DNA of 17,038 nt from Candidatus Hydrothermarchaeota archaeon (GTDB lineage Archaea; CAYFZR01): assembly GCA_046760505.1 (NCBI GenBank), contig JBHIEG010000034.1, positions 1 to 17,038 of the forward strand. The letters run 5' to 3'. Shown here piece by piece: positions 7,158 through 16,018 of this stretch. How positions within the stretch are numbered: the stretch's first letter is position 1; each line of letters starts with the position of its first letter. The notes beneath the pieces were generated by a model. It was not told the DNA's origin and made no database searches. It saw nothing but the letters and a program-made list of their open reading frames with translations. A program made the position numbers and the translations under genes.

Positions 7158-7963
7158 TAATCGTGAAAGATGTCATATTTAATTACAGAACAGGAGTTAA
7201 TGAAGTAACAGCCCTGAAAAATATAAATATTGATGTAAAAGATGACGAATTCATCGCAATTTTAGGAACAAATGGCTCTGGAAAGACAACTCTGGCAAAG
7301 AATCTAAACGCTCTTTTAACTCCTACAAAAGGAGAAATATTGATTGATAATATAAACACAAAAGAAGATCCCTGGGAAGTCAGAAAGAAAGTAGGCCTAG
7401 TCTTTCAAAATCCTGATAACCAAATTTTCTGCTCCACTGTAGAGGAAGAGGTAGCATTTGGACCCCAAAACCTCGGGTTAAGTGAAGAAGAAATAAAAGA
7501 GAGGGTAAAAAATGCTTTAGAACAGGTTGGGATGGAGAGATTTTCAAAACTTAATCCGTACCGACTTTCATCAGGAGAAAAACAACTTCTCGCGATAGCG
7601 AGTATAATTGCTATGAAGCCTAAATACGTGGTTTTAGATGAACCAACTTCATTTTTAGATTATTTCTCAAAGAAAAAAGTTATTGAAGTCATTAAAGACT
7701 TAAATGAAAATGAACATGGAGTAATCTTATTCACACATGATATAAGTGAGATACTAAACTCAGAAAGAACTTACGTGCTACATGAAGGTCAGATAGTTAT
7801 GGAAGGAAGTCCGAGGTATATACTTAAAAATGCGGATAAAATTGAGAGTATCGGAATAGAAGTACCCCACATCATAAAATTATCGAACAGAATTAGAGAA
7901 TATCAAAATATCGGGGATATCCAACAGGTCGTGGAGGAGTTGCTATGGAAAGACAAAGCATAG
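7154..7963 (+). CDS. ecfA: ECF transporter ATPase (EcfA/BioM)
   Basis: Walker A GTNGSGKT, VFQNPDNQ, TVEEEVAFGPQN, signature LSSGEKQ, LDEPT, THD. Confidence 0.93.
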   Translation: MIIVKDVIFNYRTGVNEVTALKNINIDVKDDEFIAILGTNGSGKTTLAKNLNALLTPTKGEILIDNINTKEDPWEVRKKVGLVFQNPDNQIFCSTVEEEVAFGPQNLGLSEEEIKERVKNALEQVGMERFSKLNPYRLSSGEKQLLAIASIIAMKPKYVVLDEPTSFLDYFSKKKVIEVIKDLNENEHGVILFTHDISEILNSERTYVLHEGQIVMEGSPRYILKNADKIESIGIEVPHIIKLSNRIREYQNIGDIQQVVEELLWKDKA

Positions 7964-8580
7964 TACTGGGAGAGTACTACCCCACTGACTCCTTTTTAAC
8001 CAGAATGAACCCGAGAAAAAAGATACTCTTCTTAATAGTTTTCAGTATAATTATTTTTTTGATCAATTCTCTCTATTTAATAATTTTTTTAACCTTTATT
8101 TCCTTTTCTTTGATATATCTAACTAAAATTTCGCTAAAAGATGTATTAAAGGCCTTAAAATCTATATCAATATTTTTCATAATTGTATTCTTAATTCAAA
8201 TCATTCCGGATCCGGAAATGGTTGGAGAGGCTTTCACGGTAGTTTTGAGATTCTTTAACCTGTTTTTGGCTTCAACAGTAATAATGCTTACAACATCACC
8301 TACTGAAATGATAAAGGGTATTGAGGTATTTTTGAGACCTTTCGATCGTTTGGGTCTATCTTCTCATAAAATTGCTATGATGATGGTAATTTCAGTGAGA
8401 TTCCTTCCAATATTCTTTGAAGAACTTGAAAAAATCAAAGATGCGCAGATATCGAGAGGGATGAATTACAGTAAATTCTCGCTTAGGGCAATATTTTCAA
8501 TTTCAATACCCCTTTTGAATAATCTTTTTAAAAGGGCAGAGGAACTTTCTCTTGCCCTAGAGACAAGATGCTATGTTTAA
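7945..8580 (+). CDS. ecfT: ECF transporter T component (EcfT/BioN)
   Basis: TTSPTE, VRFLP, AQISRG and LETRCY X-Arg-X coupling motifs. Confidence 0.92.
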   Translation: MERQSIVLGEYYPTDSFLTRMNPRKKILFLIVFSIIIFLINSLYLIIFLTFISFSLIYLTKISLKDVLKALKSISIFFIIVFLIQIIPDPEMVGEAFTVVLRFFNLFLASTVIMLTTSPTEMIKGIEVFLRPFDRLGLSSHKIAMMMVISVRFLPIFFEELEKIKDAQISRGMNYSKFSLRAIFSISIPLLNNLFKRAEELSLALETRCYV

Positions 8581-8587
8581 ATCATGA

Positions 8588-8911
8588 TTAGAGAAAATCC
8601 TTTCTGGGAGGGAAGAAAACATCTAAAACCTGTGAATATTCCAAAGCGAAAACCACGTGCTTTTCATTTGAGGGAATTAGATAACTCTCTCCTTCTCTTA
8701 GTAAAATTTCTTTTTCTCCTGTAATAATCCTTATCCTACCCTTAATCAAAAAGCCAGCCTGTTCATGAAAATGCTCGTGCATGGGGATTTCAGAACCTTC
8801 TTCTAACTCGAAATGAACAAGCATTAGATGTTCACTTGATACAAACACCCTTCTTTTAACTCCTTTTCCTACTTCAACTCCATCTACTTGAGAAATGCCT
8901 TTAGTTATCAA
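8588..8911 (-). CDS. Cupin domain protein
   Basis: PMHEHFHEQAGF...GESYLIPSNEKH...DVFFPPRKDF. TTG start at 8911 chosen from SD GAGGTGA at 8916-8922. Confidence 0.88.
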   Translation of the reverse strand: MITKGISQVDGVEVGKGVKRRVFVSSEHLMLVHFELEEGSEIPMHEHFHEQAGFLIKGRIRIITGEKEILLREGESYLIPSNEKHVVFALEYSQVLDVFFPPRKDFL

Positions 8912-8972
8912 GGTATCACCTCTGAGTCCGATTACCATGGAATTTATTATATATAAGTAATTCATCTAAATC

Positions 8973-9095
8973 ATGTCTTTCCTTTGCAAAATCTTAGGTC
9001 ATAAGGAAGAGACGATTACCTCGCCGAAGATGCAAAAAATCTGTAAAAGGTGCGGAAAACTTCTCTGGCATGAGGACAAAGGGTGGATAAAATAG
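8973..9095 (+). CDS. 40-aa zinc-finger microprotein (C-x4-H...CxxC, DUF1660-like)
   Basis: MSFLCKILGHKEETITSPKMQKICKRCGKLLWHEDKGWIK; TATA tract 8943-8955 about 25 nt upstream; fills the cupin-hemC gap. Confidence 0.75.
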   Translation: MSFLCKILGHKEETITSPKMQKICKRCGKLLWHEDKGWIK

Positions 9096-9100
9096 CAAAT

Positions 9101-10024
9101 TTACCTTATATCGAACAATTCATCTAGGTCAGTGTTCCTGGCGATATCCAGTAAATGAGATGCTCCCTTTTCAACTAAGGCATGAGCACATCTTTCTCCG
9201 ATTTCCTTCGCTGTTTTAGGGTCTCCTGATTCTTCATGGAAGATTTTTCTCTTACCTTGTGGATCGAGTAATAAGCATTTCAATTGTAATTTTTTGTTTA
9301 ATGAGGCATTTACACCAAAAGGAACTTGGCAACCTCCTCCCAGAGTTCTCAATAAACTTCTCTCTGCGGTTATTTCATATCTCGTATTTTTGTGATCTAT
9401 TTTTTTGAGTAAATCTAAGTACTCTGAGTCTTCAGAGGCCACAACTGCTATTGCCCCCTGACAGGGGGCAGGCATAAATTGATGTATATCGAGTACCTCT
9501 CTTACTTCCTCTTGGAAGCCCATCCTTTTTACACCTGCGTAAGCCATGATCAAAGCGGTGAACTCACCCTTTTTTAATTTTTTAATTCTTGTATCTACGT
9601 TGCCTCTGATCCATTTCACCTTTATATTCGGTATTTTGCTCAAAAGTTGAGCTCTCCTCCTTATGCTACTTGTTCCCACGACGTCTTTGTTCGTTAACTC
9701 GTTGAACTTCTTACCAACGATGACCTCGTTTGGTTCTTCTCTCTTAGGTACTGCTGCTATTATCAAACCCTCCTCCATCTCTGAAGGAACGTCTTTCATA
9801 CTATGAACCGCACAGTCTATTCTCCCATCTAATATGGCGTTATCGATTTCTTTCACGAAAATAGCCTTTCCTACCCTGTGAAGGGGAACATCGGTTATTT
9901 TATTCCCTTTAGTGCGAATTATATTGATTTCGCACTTCAAATCAGGTTCAACAGATTTCAACAAATTTTTTACGATATCTGTTTGGATTAAGGCTAGTTT
10001 GCTCCCTCTAGTACCGATTCTCAT
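9101..10024 (-). CDS. hemC: Hydroxymethylbilane synthase (porphobilinogen deaminase)
   Basis: IGTRGSKLA, AVHSMKDVP, GTSSIRR, RGNVDTR, GGGCQVP. Confidence 0.97.
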   Translation of the reverse strand: MRIGTRGSKLALIQTDIVKNLLKSVEPDLKCEINIIRTKGNKITDVPLHRVGKAIFVKEIDNAILDGRIDCAVHSMKDVPSEMEEGLIIAAVPKREEPNEVIVGKKFNELTNKDVVGTSSIRRRAQLLSKIPNIKVKWIRGNVDTRIKKLKKGEFTALIMAYAGVKRMGFQEEVREVLDIHQFMPAPCQGAIAVVASEDSEYLDLLKKIDHKNTRYEITAERSLLRTLGGGCQVPFGVNASLNKKLQLKCLLLDPQGKRKIFHEESGDPKTAKEIGERCAHALVEKGASHLLDIARNTDLDELFDIR

Positions 10025-11289
10025 ACAAACACTTCTTTCAGGGCAGATTCGATCGCATTTAAGGTAAATTCTATGTCTGATTCTTCATGAGTACAGGAAA
10101 GGAAGCAGGTTTCAAACATGGAAGGTGGGAAAAAAACACCTTTTTTCATCAATAATCTTTGAAACTCCAAAAATTTCTCTTTGTCACCAGAAGTAGCAGA
10201 TTTATAGTCATAAACAGGACTATCGCTAAAGAACATCGAAAACATGCTTGCAATATGATTTACTTGAATTTTATAATTCGAATCTTCGATTATATCTTTT
10301 AATCCTGATACAATTTTTTCACACGCGCTATTTGCTTTTGAATGAACTTTTTTCTCTTCTATTTCCTCTATAGACGCCAGTGCGGCGCACATAGAGATTG
10401 GATTGGCGTTAAATGTTCCTGCTTGATATACCTTGCCTGCAGGGGATATAAATTCCATTATCTCTTTTTTCCCTCCAAAAGCCCCTATTGGGAAACCTGC
10501 TCCCAAAACCTTTCCGAGCGTAACGATATCTGGGGTGACCTTGAAGTATTCTTGGGCCCCTCCCATTCCCAATCTGAAACCGGTTATAACTTCATCGAAT
10601 ATCAGCAATACATCTTTTCCTGATGTTATTCTTCTTATTTCTTTCAAATAATTATTTTTGGGAAGGATACATCCTGAATTTCCCATGACGGGCTCTAGGA
10701 TAAAACAAGCGATGTCAGAATCTTTTTCGATTATGTTTTCCAGTGCTTCAGGATCGTTAAAAGGAATAACTATGGTGTTTCTTGCAAAATCTTCAGGAAC
10801 GCCCAATGAATCAGGTTCTCCGAAGGTAGTGGCACCTGAGCCTGCCTTAACTAAAACAGAGTCGTGTGCTCCATGAAAGCCTCCCTCTACCTTTATAATT
10901 TTATTTTTTCCAGTAAAACCTCTTGCCAACCTGATTGCACCCATTGTGGCCTCAGTGCCCGTATTTACGAACCTCACCATTTCTACACATGGAACGTGTT
11001 TAACAATTTTTTTAGCAAGCTTTATCTCGTTTTCTATGGGAGTTCCATAGGACCAGCCTAATTCCAATTGTTTTGAGACAGATTCCTTTATCCTGGGATT
11101 TGCGTGTCCCAGTATAAGGGGACCATAGGCTAGGCAGTAATCTATGTATGAATTTCCGTCGATGTCATATATTCTTGGACCTTTGGCGTATTTTGTGTAA
11201 AAAGGATAAGGTTTCATCGCCCTTACCGGGCTATTTACTCCTCCGCAGAGTAATTTCTTTGCTTCTTCAAATAGTTCTTTAGACCTCAC
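10021..11289 (-). CDS. hemL: Glutamate-1-semialdehyde 2,1-aminomutase
   Basis: [31 protein letters not shown] (PLP Lys), YQAGTF. GTG start at 11289 with GGTGG upstream; start uncertain. Confidence 0.96.
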   Translation of the reverse strand: MRSKELFEEAKKLLCGGVNSPVRAMKPYPFYTKYAKGPRIYDIDGNSYIDYCLAYGPLILGHANPRIKESVSKQLELGWSYGTPIENEIKLAKKIVKHVPCVEMVRFVNTGTEATMGAIRLARGFTGKNKIIKVEGGFHGAHDSVLVKAGSGATTFGEPDSLGVPEDFARNTIVIPFNDPEALENIIEKDSDIACFILEPVMGNSGCILPKNNYLKEIRRITSGKDVLLIFDEVITGFRLGMGGAQEYFKVTPDIVTLGKVLGAGFPIGAFGGKKEIMEFISPAGKVYQAGTFNANPISMCAALASIEEIEEKKVHSKANSACEKIVSGLKDIIEDSNYKIQVNHIASMFSMFFSDSPVYDYKSATSGDKEKFLEFQRLLMKKGVFFPPSMFETCFLSCTHEESDIEFTLNAIESALKEVFV

Positions 11290-12259
11290 TCCTAAGCCAC
11301 CGTGCCAGATCTTCCGCAAAATAGGTCAAGATCATGTCTGCTCCTGCCCTTTTTATACTGTTTAAAACCTCTAGAACAGCGTCCTTTTCTTTGATATAGC
11401 CTTTTTCTGCCATCAATTTTATCATTGTGTATTCGCCGCTCACGTTGTATGCTGCAGTAGGATATCCAAATTCTTTCTTTACCCTGTAAAGAACATCAAG
11501 ATAAGATAAGGCTGGTTTGACCATGATAATATCGGCTCCTTCTTGGATATCTAAATAAACCTCTCTTAATGCTTCGTTTGCATTCCTAGGATCCATCTGG
11601 TAAGATCGTCTATCTCCAAATGAGGGAGCGGATTCAGCTGCTTCTCTGAAGGGTCCATAAAAAGTTGAGGCGTATTTAGCGGCATAGGACATTATCAGGG
11701 TATTGGAAAAGCCTTCCTTATCTAGAGCATCTCTTATAGTACCGACTCTTCCATCCATCATGTCCGAAGGAGCCACGATATCTGCTCCTGCCTCTGCATG
11801 GGACACTGCGATTTTAGCGAGGACTTCAAGAGTTTTGTCGTTCAGGATTTCATTACCCTTGACAATGCCGCAGTGCCCGTGATCCGTATATTCGCAAAGA
11901 CATATATCCGTTATAACTATGAGATCATCTCCAAACTCATCTTTTGTTTTCTTTACTGCCTGTTGGATTATTCCATTTTTATCATAGGCACTGCTTCCAA
12001 GAGAATCTTTTTTAGCAGGTATTCCAAAAAGAATTATGGCTGGGATTCCTATTTCAATAAGATATTCTAATTTTTTTAGAAGGGACTCCACTGAGTATCT
12101 GAATTGGTTTGGCATGGCACTTATAGGTTTTTTATCCTTAAGACCTTCCTCAACAAAAAGAGGGTATATTAAATCTTTTACGTCAATTTGGGTCTCGCTT
12201 ACAAAATCTCTTAAAAGTTGAGACCTTCTCAGTCTCCTCATTCTGATCTCGGGGAACAT
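11279..12259 (-). CDS. hemB: Porphobilinogen synthase (Zn-type)
   Basis: [42 protein letters not shown]. Confidence 0.97.
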   Translation of the reverse strand: MFPEIRMRRLRRSQLLRDFVSETQIDVKDLIYPLFVEEGLKDKKPISAMPNQFRYSVESLLKKLEYLIEIGIPAIILFGIPAKKDSLGSSAYDKNGIIQQAVKKTKDEFGDDLIVITDICLCEYTDHGHCGIVKGNEILNDKTLEVLAKIAVSHAEAGADIVAPSDMMDGRVGTIRDALDKEGFSNTLIMSYAAKYASTFYGPFREAAESAPSFGDRRSYQMDPRNANEALREVYLDIQEGADIIMVKPALSYLDVLYRVKKEFGYPTAAYNVSGEYTMIKLMAEKGYIKEKDAVLEVLNSIKRAGADMILTYFAEDLARWLRSEV

Positions 12260-13569
12260 TATAACGCCTCATGGAGCATGTGTAAGAATTCTATATTTCC
12301 ATTCTCTGCTGCTTTCTTTAGGTTTTCAATCATCGGGGCAAGAATCTTTTTTACCATCGCCTTTGTCATATCCTCTATGACCTCTTTGTTCTCTGGGTCC
12401 AAATCTTTCAGCATTCCGAGTGCTCTAGTCAATTCTTTTTGCCTAACTTCTTCCGCTCCTTTATACATTCTGGATAAGATTGGTTCGATCTTCTGTTTTA
12501 TCAGTTCTTTTTCCAGATGTTTAAGCTCGTTTTCCACAATTTCCTCAACTTTTTTAATCTCGTTTTTACGCCTTTTAATGTTTTCTTCTGCTATTGCTCT
12601 TAGATCATCAATGTCACATAATTTTACATTTTTCAATGTCTTTACGTCTTTGTCTACGTCTCTGGGATTTGCTATGTCTATAATTAAGAGGGGTGTCCCC
12701 CCTCTTTTTTGGAGTATTTTTTCTAATCTTTCTTTGTTAATGATAGGATGAGGAGCTCCGGTAGCACATATTACAAGGTCAGATGCTACTAATGCATCAT
12801 CCAAGTCAGAAAATCTTATTGCAATACCCTTCAATTCCTTTGCAAGTTCTACACCTTTTTCATATGTCCTATTGGCAACAAAAATAACCTTTAACTCAAA
12901 TTTTTTGAGGGACTTCGCAACGAGAGAGGCCATCTTTCCAGCACCGACAACAAGTACGGTTATATCTTTAAGAGAGCCAATAATTGATTCTGCAAGATCT
13001 ACTGCTGCAGATCCTATCGAAACAGATCCCACATTTATATTTGTCTCCTTTCTAACCTTCTTCCCAACGTTTATTGCTTTCCTAAAAACTATATCCAGAT
13101 TTTTGCCTATATCACCATTCTCCTTTGCTATACGGTACGCCTCTTTTACCTGTCCTAGGATCTGGTCTTCACCGACCATCATGGATTCAATGCCCGATGC
13201 CACTCTTAAAAGATGTCTGAGAGCATTTTCTCCTTTTTCTACTTCTATTTTTTCTTTCAGCATGTTTATTTTTTTCACTTCTTCTTCTATACATCTCAAT
13301 ATATTTTGCGTTCCTTTTCTAACCAGACAGTCTCTCAAATCAGATTTCTCAAATACATTTGAAACGAGATACTGAACGATTTTGCCTTCAGAGTTCTCTT
13401 TGCCAACACAGTAGAACTCAATCCTGTTACAAGTCTGTAGGATACAACACTCAGGAAAATCAAGTGCCTTAATTTCCCTCAGGGCCTTTGGTATATCTCT
13501 GATAAACGCGGACTCAAGCATGGACATGTCCGCTTTCTTGTGAGTGAGCCTAACGTTAATTATTTCCAT
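12259..13569 (-). CDS. hemA: Glutamyl-tRNA reductase
   Basis: [38 protein letters not shown]. Confidence 0.97.
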   Translation of the reverse strand: MEIINVRLTHKKADMSMLESAFIRDIPKALREIKALDFPECCILQTCNRIEFYCVGKENSEGKIVQYLVSNVFEKSDLRDCLVRKGTQNILRCIEEEVKKINMLKEKIEVEKGENALRHLLRVASGIESMMVGEDQILGQVKEAYRIAKENGDIGKNLDIVFRKAINVGKKVRKETNINVGSVSIGSAAVDLAESIIGSLKDITVLVVGAGKMASLVAKSLKKFELKVIFVANRTYEKGVELAKELKGIAIRFSDLDDALVASDLVICATGAPHPIINKERLEKILQKRGGTPLLIIDIANPRDVDKDVKTLKNVKLCDIDDLRAIAEENIKRRKNEIKKVEEIVENELKHLEKELIKQKIEPILSRMYKGAEEVRQKELTRALGMLKDLDPENKEVIEDMTKAMVKKILAPMIENLKKAAENGNIEFLHMLHEAL

Positions 13570-14107
13570 GGGAGATTTCCTCCAAAACAGGCATGCAGGG
13601 CACTTTTTTCCTTTCCTTTCGATTTAAATAATTTCTTGTTTTTTCCCTAGTCATTAGGTCAAGTTCTTTTTCTACACGCTCCCTTAGATGTTTCGATAGT
13701 AAGGGATTTTTTCCCTGAGTTGATATTGAAACAACTATGTCGTTTCGGACGATCCATGAGGGAAATATGAAATCGCTTTCAACTGAATCTGCTCTGTTTA
13801 CAAGTTTTTTATTTTTCCTTGCAATTCTTTCTATATATTCATTTAAAGATTTATCATCCGTTGCGGCGATTATCACATCAAAATCATTGATCAGATCCTC
13901 AATTTCATTTTTTTCTACTGTCTTTTTTATTTTTACCAGGCTTTTATGATCTAATTCTTCTAGTCCTTGAGAAAATTCCTTGCTTATAAGAGTAACCTTA
14001 GCCCCGGCCTCTAACAATTTCTTAACCCTGCGTTCACCTACTTTCCCGCCTCCGATTATAAGGAAGTTATACCTTTCGGCATTTAAGTGTATTGGTACGT
14101 GGGGCAT
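13556..14107 (-). CDS. sirC: Precorrin-2 dehydrogenase / siroheme synthase N-terminal family (SirC/Met8-like)
   Basis: IGGGKVGERR, AATDD, VNRAD...DFIFP, ISTQGKNP. Confidence 0.88.
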   Translation of the reverse strand: MPHVPIHLNAERYNFLIIGGGKVGERRVKKLLEAGAKVTLISKEFSQGLEELDHKSLVKIKKTVEKNEIEDLINDFDVIIAATDDKSLNEYIERIARKNKKLVNRADSVESDFIFPSWIVRNDIVVSISTQGKNPLLSKHLRERVEKELDLMTREKTRNYLNRKERKKVPCMPVLEEISHGNN

Positions 14108-14128
14108 GGAGATAACTCTTTTTTTGGA

Positions 14129-14144
14129 TTATAAAACTTTTTCT
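14129..14144 (-). promoter_or_regulatory. BRE/TATA promoter of the hem operon, probably leaderless
   Basis: Minus strand GAAAAAG-TTTTATAA with TATA at 14136-14129, 21 nt before the sirC ATG; no SD. Confidence 0.55.
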
Positions 14145-14287
14145 CTCTGAAATTTACTTATATAATATATTTTAAAGTTTTTTTTATTAAAATGACAATT
14201 ATCAAAGTAAAATTACCGTTTTTTGGTTGTTTTACGTTTGTTCTTTTAACAAAGTTCTTTTAATGTAAGTGAAGCTAAGGAAAGCCG

Positions 14288-14755
14288 CTACTCTTCATTA
14301 ATCCTGTGAAGTCTGTCTTCGAGTATTTTTAATTCATTGCTCAAATGATCCTTGAGTTGTTTATATATCCTTATTCTTTGGTTTTTAAGTTTTAAATTTC
14401 TCAAATAATCTTTTAATCCTTCAATCTGAATTTCTAGGACTTCTTTTTCATCTGGAATTTTTATTCCGTACGCTTCCATTATACCTCTTGAAATATAGAT
14501 GTCTGCTCTGTTGGTGTAAGCAAGAAAAACAGATCTTCCAACTTCCATCTCTTTAATTTCACTCTTAAAGAAAACCACTGATGTAATATCTCCTTCTCTC
14601 TCATGAATTTTTATTTTTTCTACGCCTTCTTCGTGGTTCTGGTGCATATCTGTGTAAACAGGGAGTACTCTGTTCATATCGTCTTCCAGCACAAATACGA
14701 GAAGGGGACGAGTGTATGTAGCCTTAAAAATGGTTGAAATTTTTACTTCTATCAA
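14288..14755 (-). CDS. Degenerate DUF151/bifunctional-nuclease-like protein with C-terminal coiled coil
   Basis: From TTG 14755: MIEVKISTIF...VFVLEDDMNRVLPVY and LAYTNRADIYISRGIMEAYGI resemble the two ends of DUF151. ATG 14827 lies inside the upstream microprotein gene. Confidence 0.55.
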   Translation of the reverse strand: MIEVKISTIFKATYTRPLLVFVLEDDMNRVLPVYTDMHQNHEEGVEKIKIHEREGDITSVVFFKSEIKEMEVGRSVFLAYTNRADIYISRGIMEAYGIKIPDEKEVLEIQIEGLKDYLRNLKLKNQRIRIYKQLKDHLSNELKILEDRLHRINEE

Positions 14756-14766
14756 ATCTTTTGATT

Positions 14767-14919
14767 TTAAATTATTCTCTTTCCAGTTGCGCATGAGAAG
14801 CATACTCCTAGAAATAAGTTCAAACATCTATGACAAACTTGCCTTCCACAAGATTTACATATGTGTAAGGACAGTCCTAAGGAGCCGCACAGATCACAAT
14901 TTACCTTTCTAAGCCTCAT
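14767..14919 (-). CDS. 50-aa Cys-rich zinc-finger microprotein (4 x CxxC)
   Basis: MRLRKVNCDLCGSLGLSLHICKSCGRQVCHRCLNLFLGVCFSCATGKRII; BRE/TATA-like CGCAAAAAGTATAAA upstream. Confidence 0.85.
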   Translation of the reverse strand: MRLRKVNCDLCGSLGLSLHICKSCGRQVCHRCLNLFLGVCFSCATGKRII

Positions 14920-14978
14920 CGGATATCATCATCATAATAACTTCAATTGTTTATACTTTTTGCGGTTAGTTCGAATCT

Positions 14979-15863
14979 TTAGCGATTTAGAACTCTCCAT
15001 GTCAACAGAGAAAAGACTGGAGACTGAATTATGAGGAGAAAGCTTATGATGATAGCCATGGATGTGATGGGAAACATTACCTTCAATGCAGAATAGAATG
15101 GGTATATTCCGTTTTTTTCTAGCACTATCATTGGAGTGATTATGAGTATTCCTGTGCCTATTCCCGTCATAACGGAGTCTATTTTTTCTCCCTTGAGAAC
15201 ATAAGATGATGTGATTCCGCCAAATATGAATGGTAAAAGCCAAGCCACTGCGTAATAAGAAGTGTGCATGATTCCTACCGATTGTACAACTAAATAGGTA
15301 ACGATTCCTACGATACTCCCTAAAATAGATGAAACAATTGTGTTGGCGATAATAGCATCTCTTGGGACTATTAGGAAGTCAGACCTATTTTTTACCGTCA
15401 GTAAAGGCTTCTTACCATGTTCGTAGGTATGAAAACCGTTTTCAATCAAACAGAGGGGTACATAACCTGTGCAACGAACATTGGATCCGATTAACTTTTT
15501 AATGTCAATTTTTGACTCCTTCCCTATAATCTTCAGAGGAACATTAACCTCGCCCTCAGTTAGAATAAGTCTAACATCATCACCATTAACTTCAAAGTTC
15601 TCCACTCTTCCGCTTATGATTGCTTTTTCGTAAACTCCTACGGGCTCGTCTAGATAAAATTCATCTGATTTCTGAGTTATTAAATTTCCAACTATCTCCA
15701 CCTGTATATTTTCATTTAGCAACTTGTTGAGTTTTTGGAGGCTCTCTAAATCGCTGAATATCCTTATATTTGTAGTAATTTGTTGATTTATAAGTCTCAC
15801 CAGAATACATCCGTCTTTTCTTTCTGTCTTAACTATCTTACCTTCAAAGGTCTTTATATTCAA
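14979..15863 (-). CDS. Hypothetical protein with two OB-fold-like N-terminal repeats and about 4 C-terminal TM helices
   Basis: Units TFEGKIVK...QVEIVG and IISGRVEN...NVRCTG; hydrophobic last ~120 aa; TTG start preceded by GGTG. Confidence 0.65.
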   Translation of the reverse strand: MNIKTFEGKIVKTERKDGCILVRLINQQITTNIRIFSDLESLQKLNKLLNENIQVEIVGNLITQKSDEFYLDEPVGVYEKAIISGRVENFEVNGDDVRLILTEGEVNVPLKIIGKESKIDIKKLIGSNVRCTGYVPLCLIENGFHTYEHGKKPLLTVKNRSDFLIVPRDAIIANTIVSSILGSIVGIVTYLVVQSVGIMHTSYYAVAWLLPFIFGGITSSYVLKGEKIDSVMTGIGTGILIITPMIVLEKNGIYPFYSALKVMFPITSMAIIISFLLIIQSPVFSLLTWRVLNR

Positions 15864-16018
15864 TGTGACACCGAACCTATATTTGTTCTACTCATTAAAA
15901 TATTTTTTACTACGAATTGGTTCAATTTTCAATCGTCTGACACCAAGAGTAGAAAACTTTTTATTTTTGATCTATCAGAATATAATAAGGACAGATTCAA
16001 ACCGTGGGTGTAAAAGAA

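Noticed and set aside
1585-13949. Many short ORFs antisense or out of frame to recognised genes (e.g. 1585-1926, 3291-3833, 5511-5990, 12218-12751, 12872-13375)
   Set aside because: They overlap well-supported genes, show shadow composition and carry no motifs.
14915-14935. ATGATGATGA C-box-like run on the minus strand
   Set aside because: No properly spaced D'/C'/D boxes; the region is explained by the microprotein leader and gene.
14932-15243. 103-aa alternative-frame ORF
   Set aside because: Mostly nested in the TM-coding part of 14979-15863; no motif or SD.
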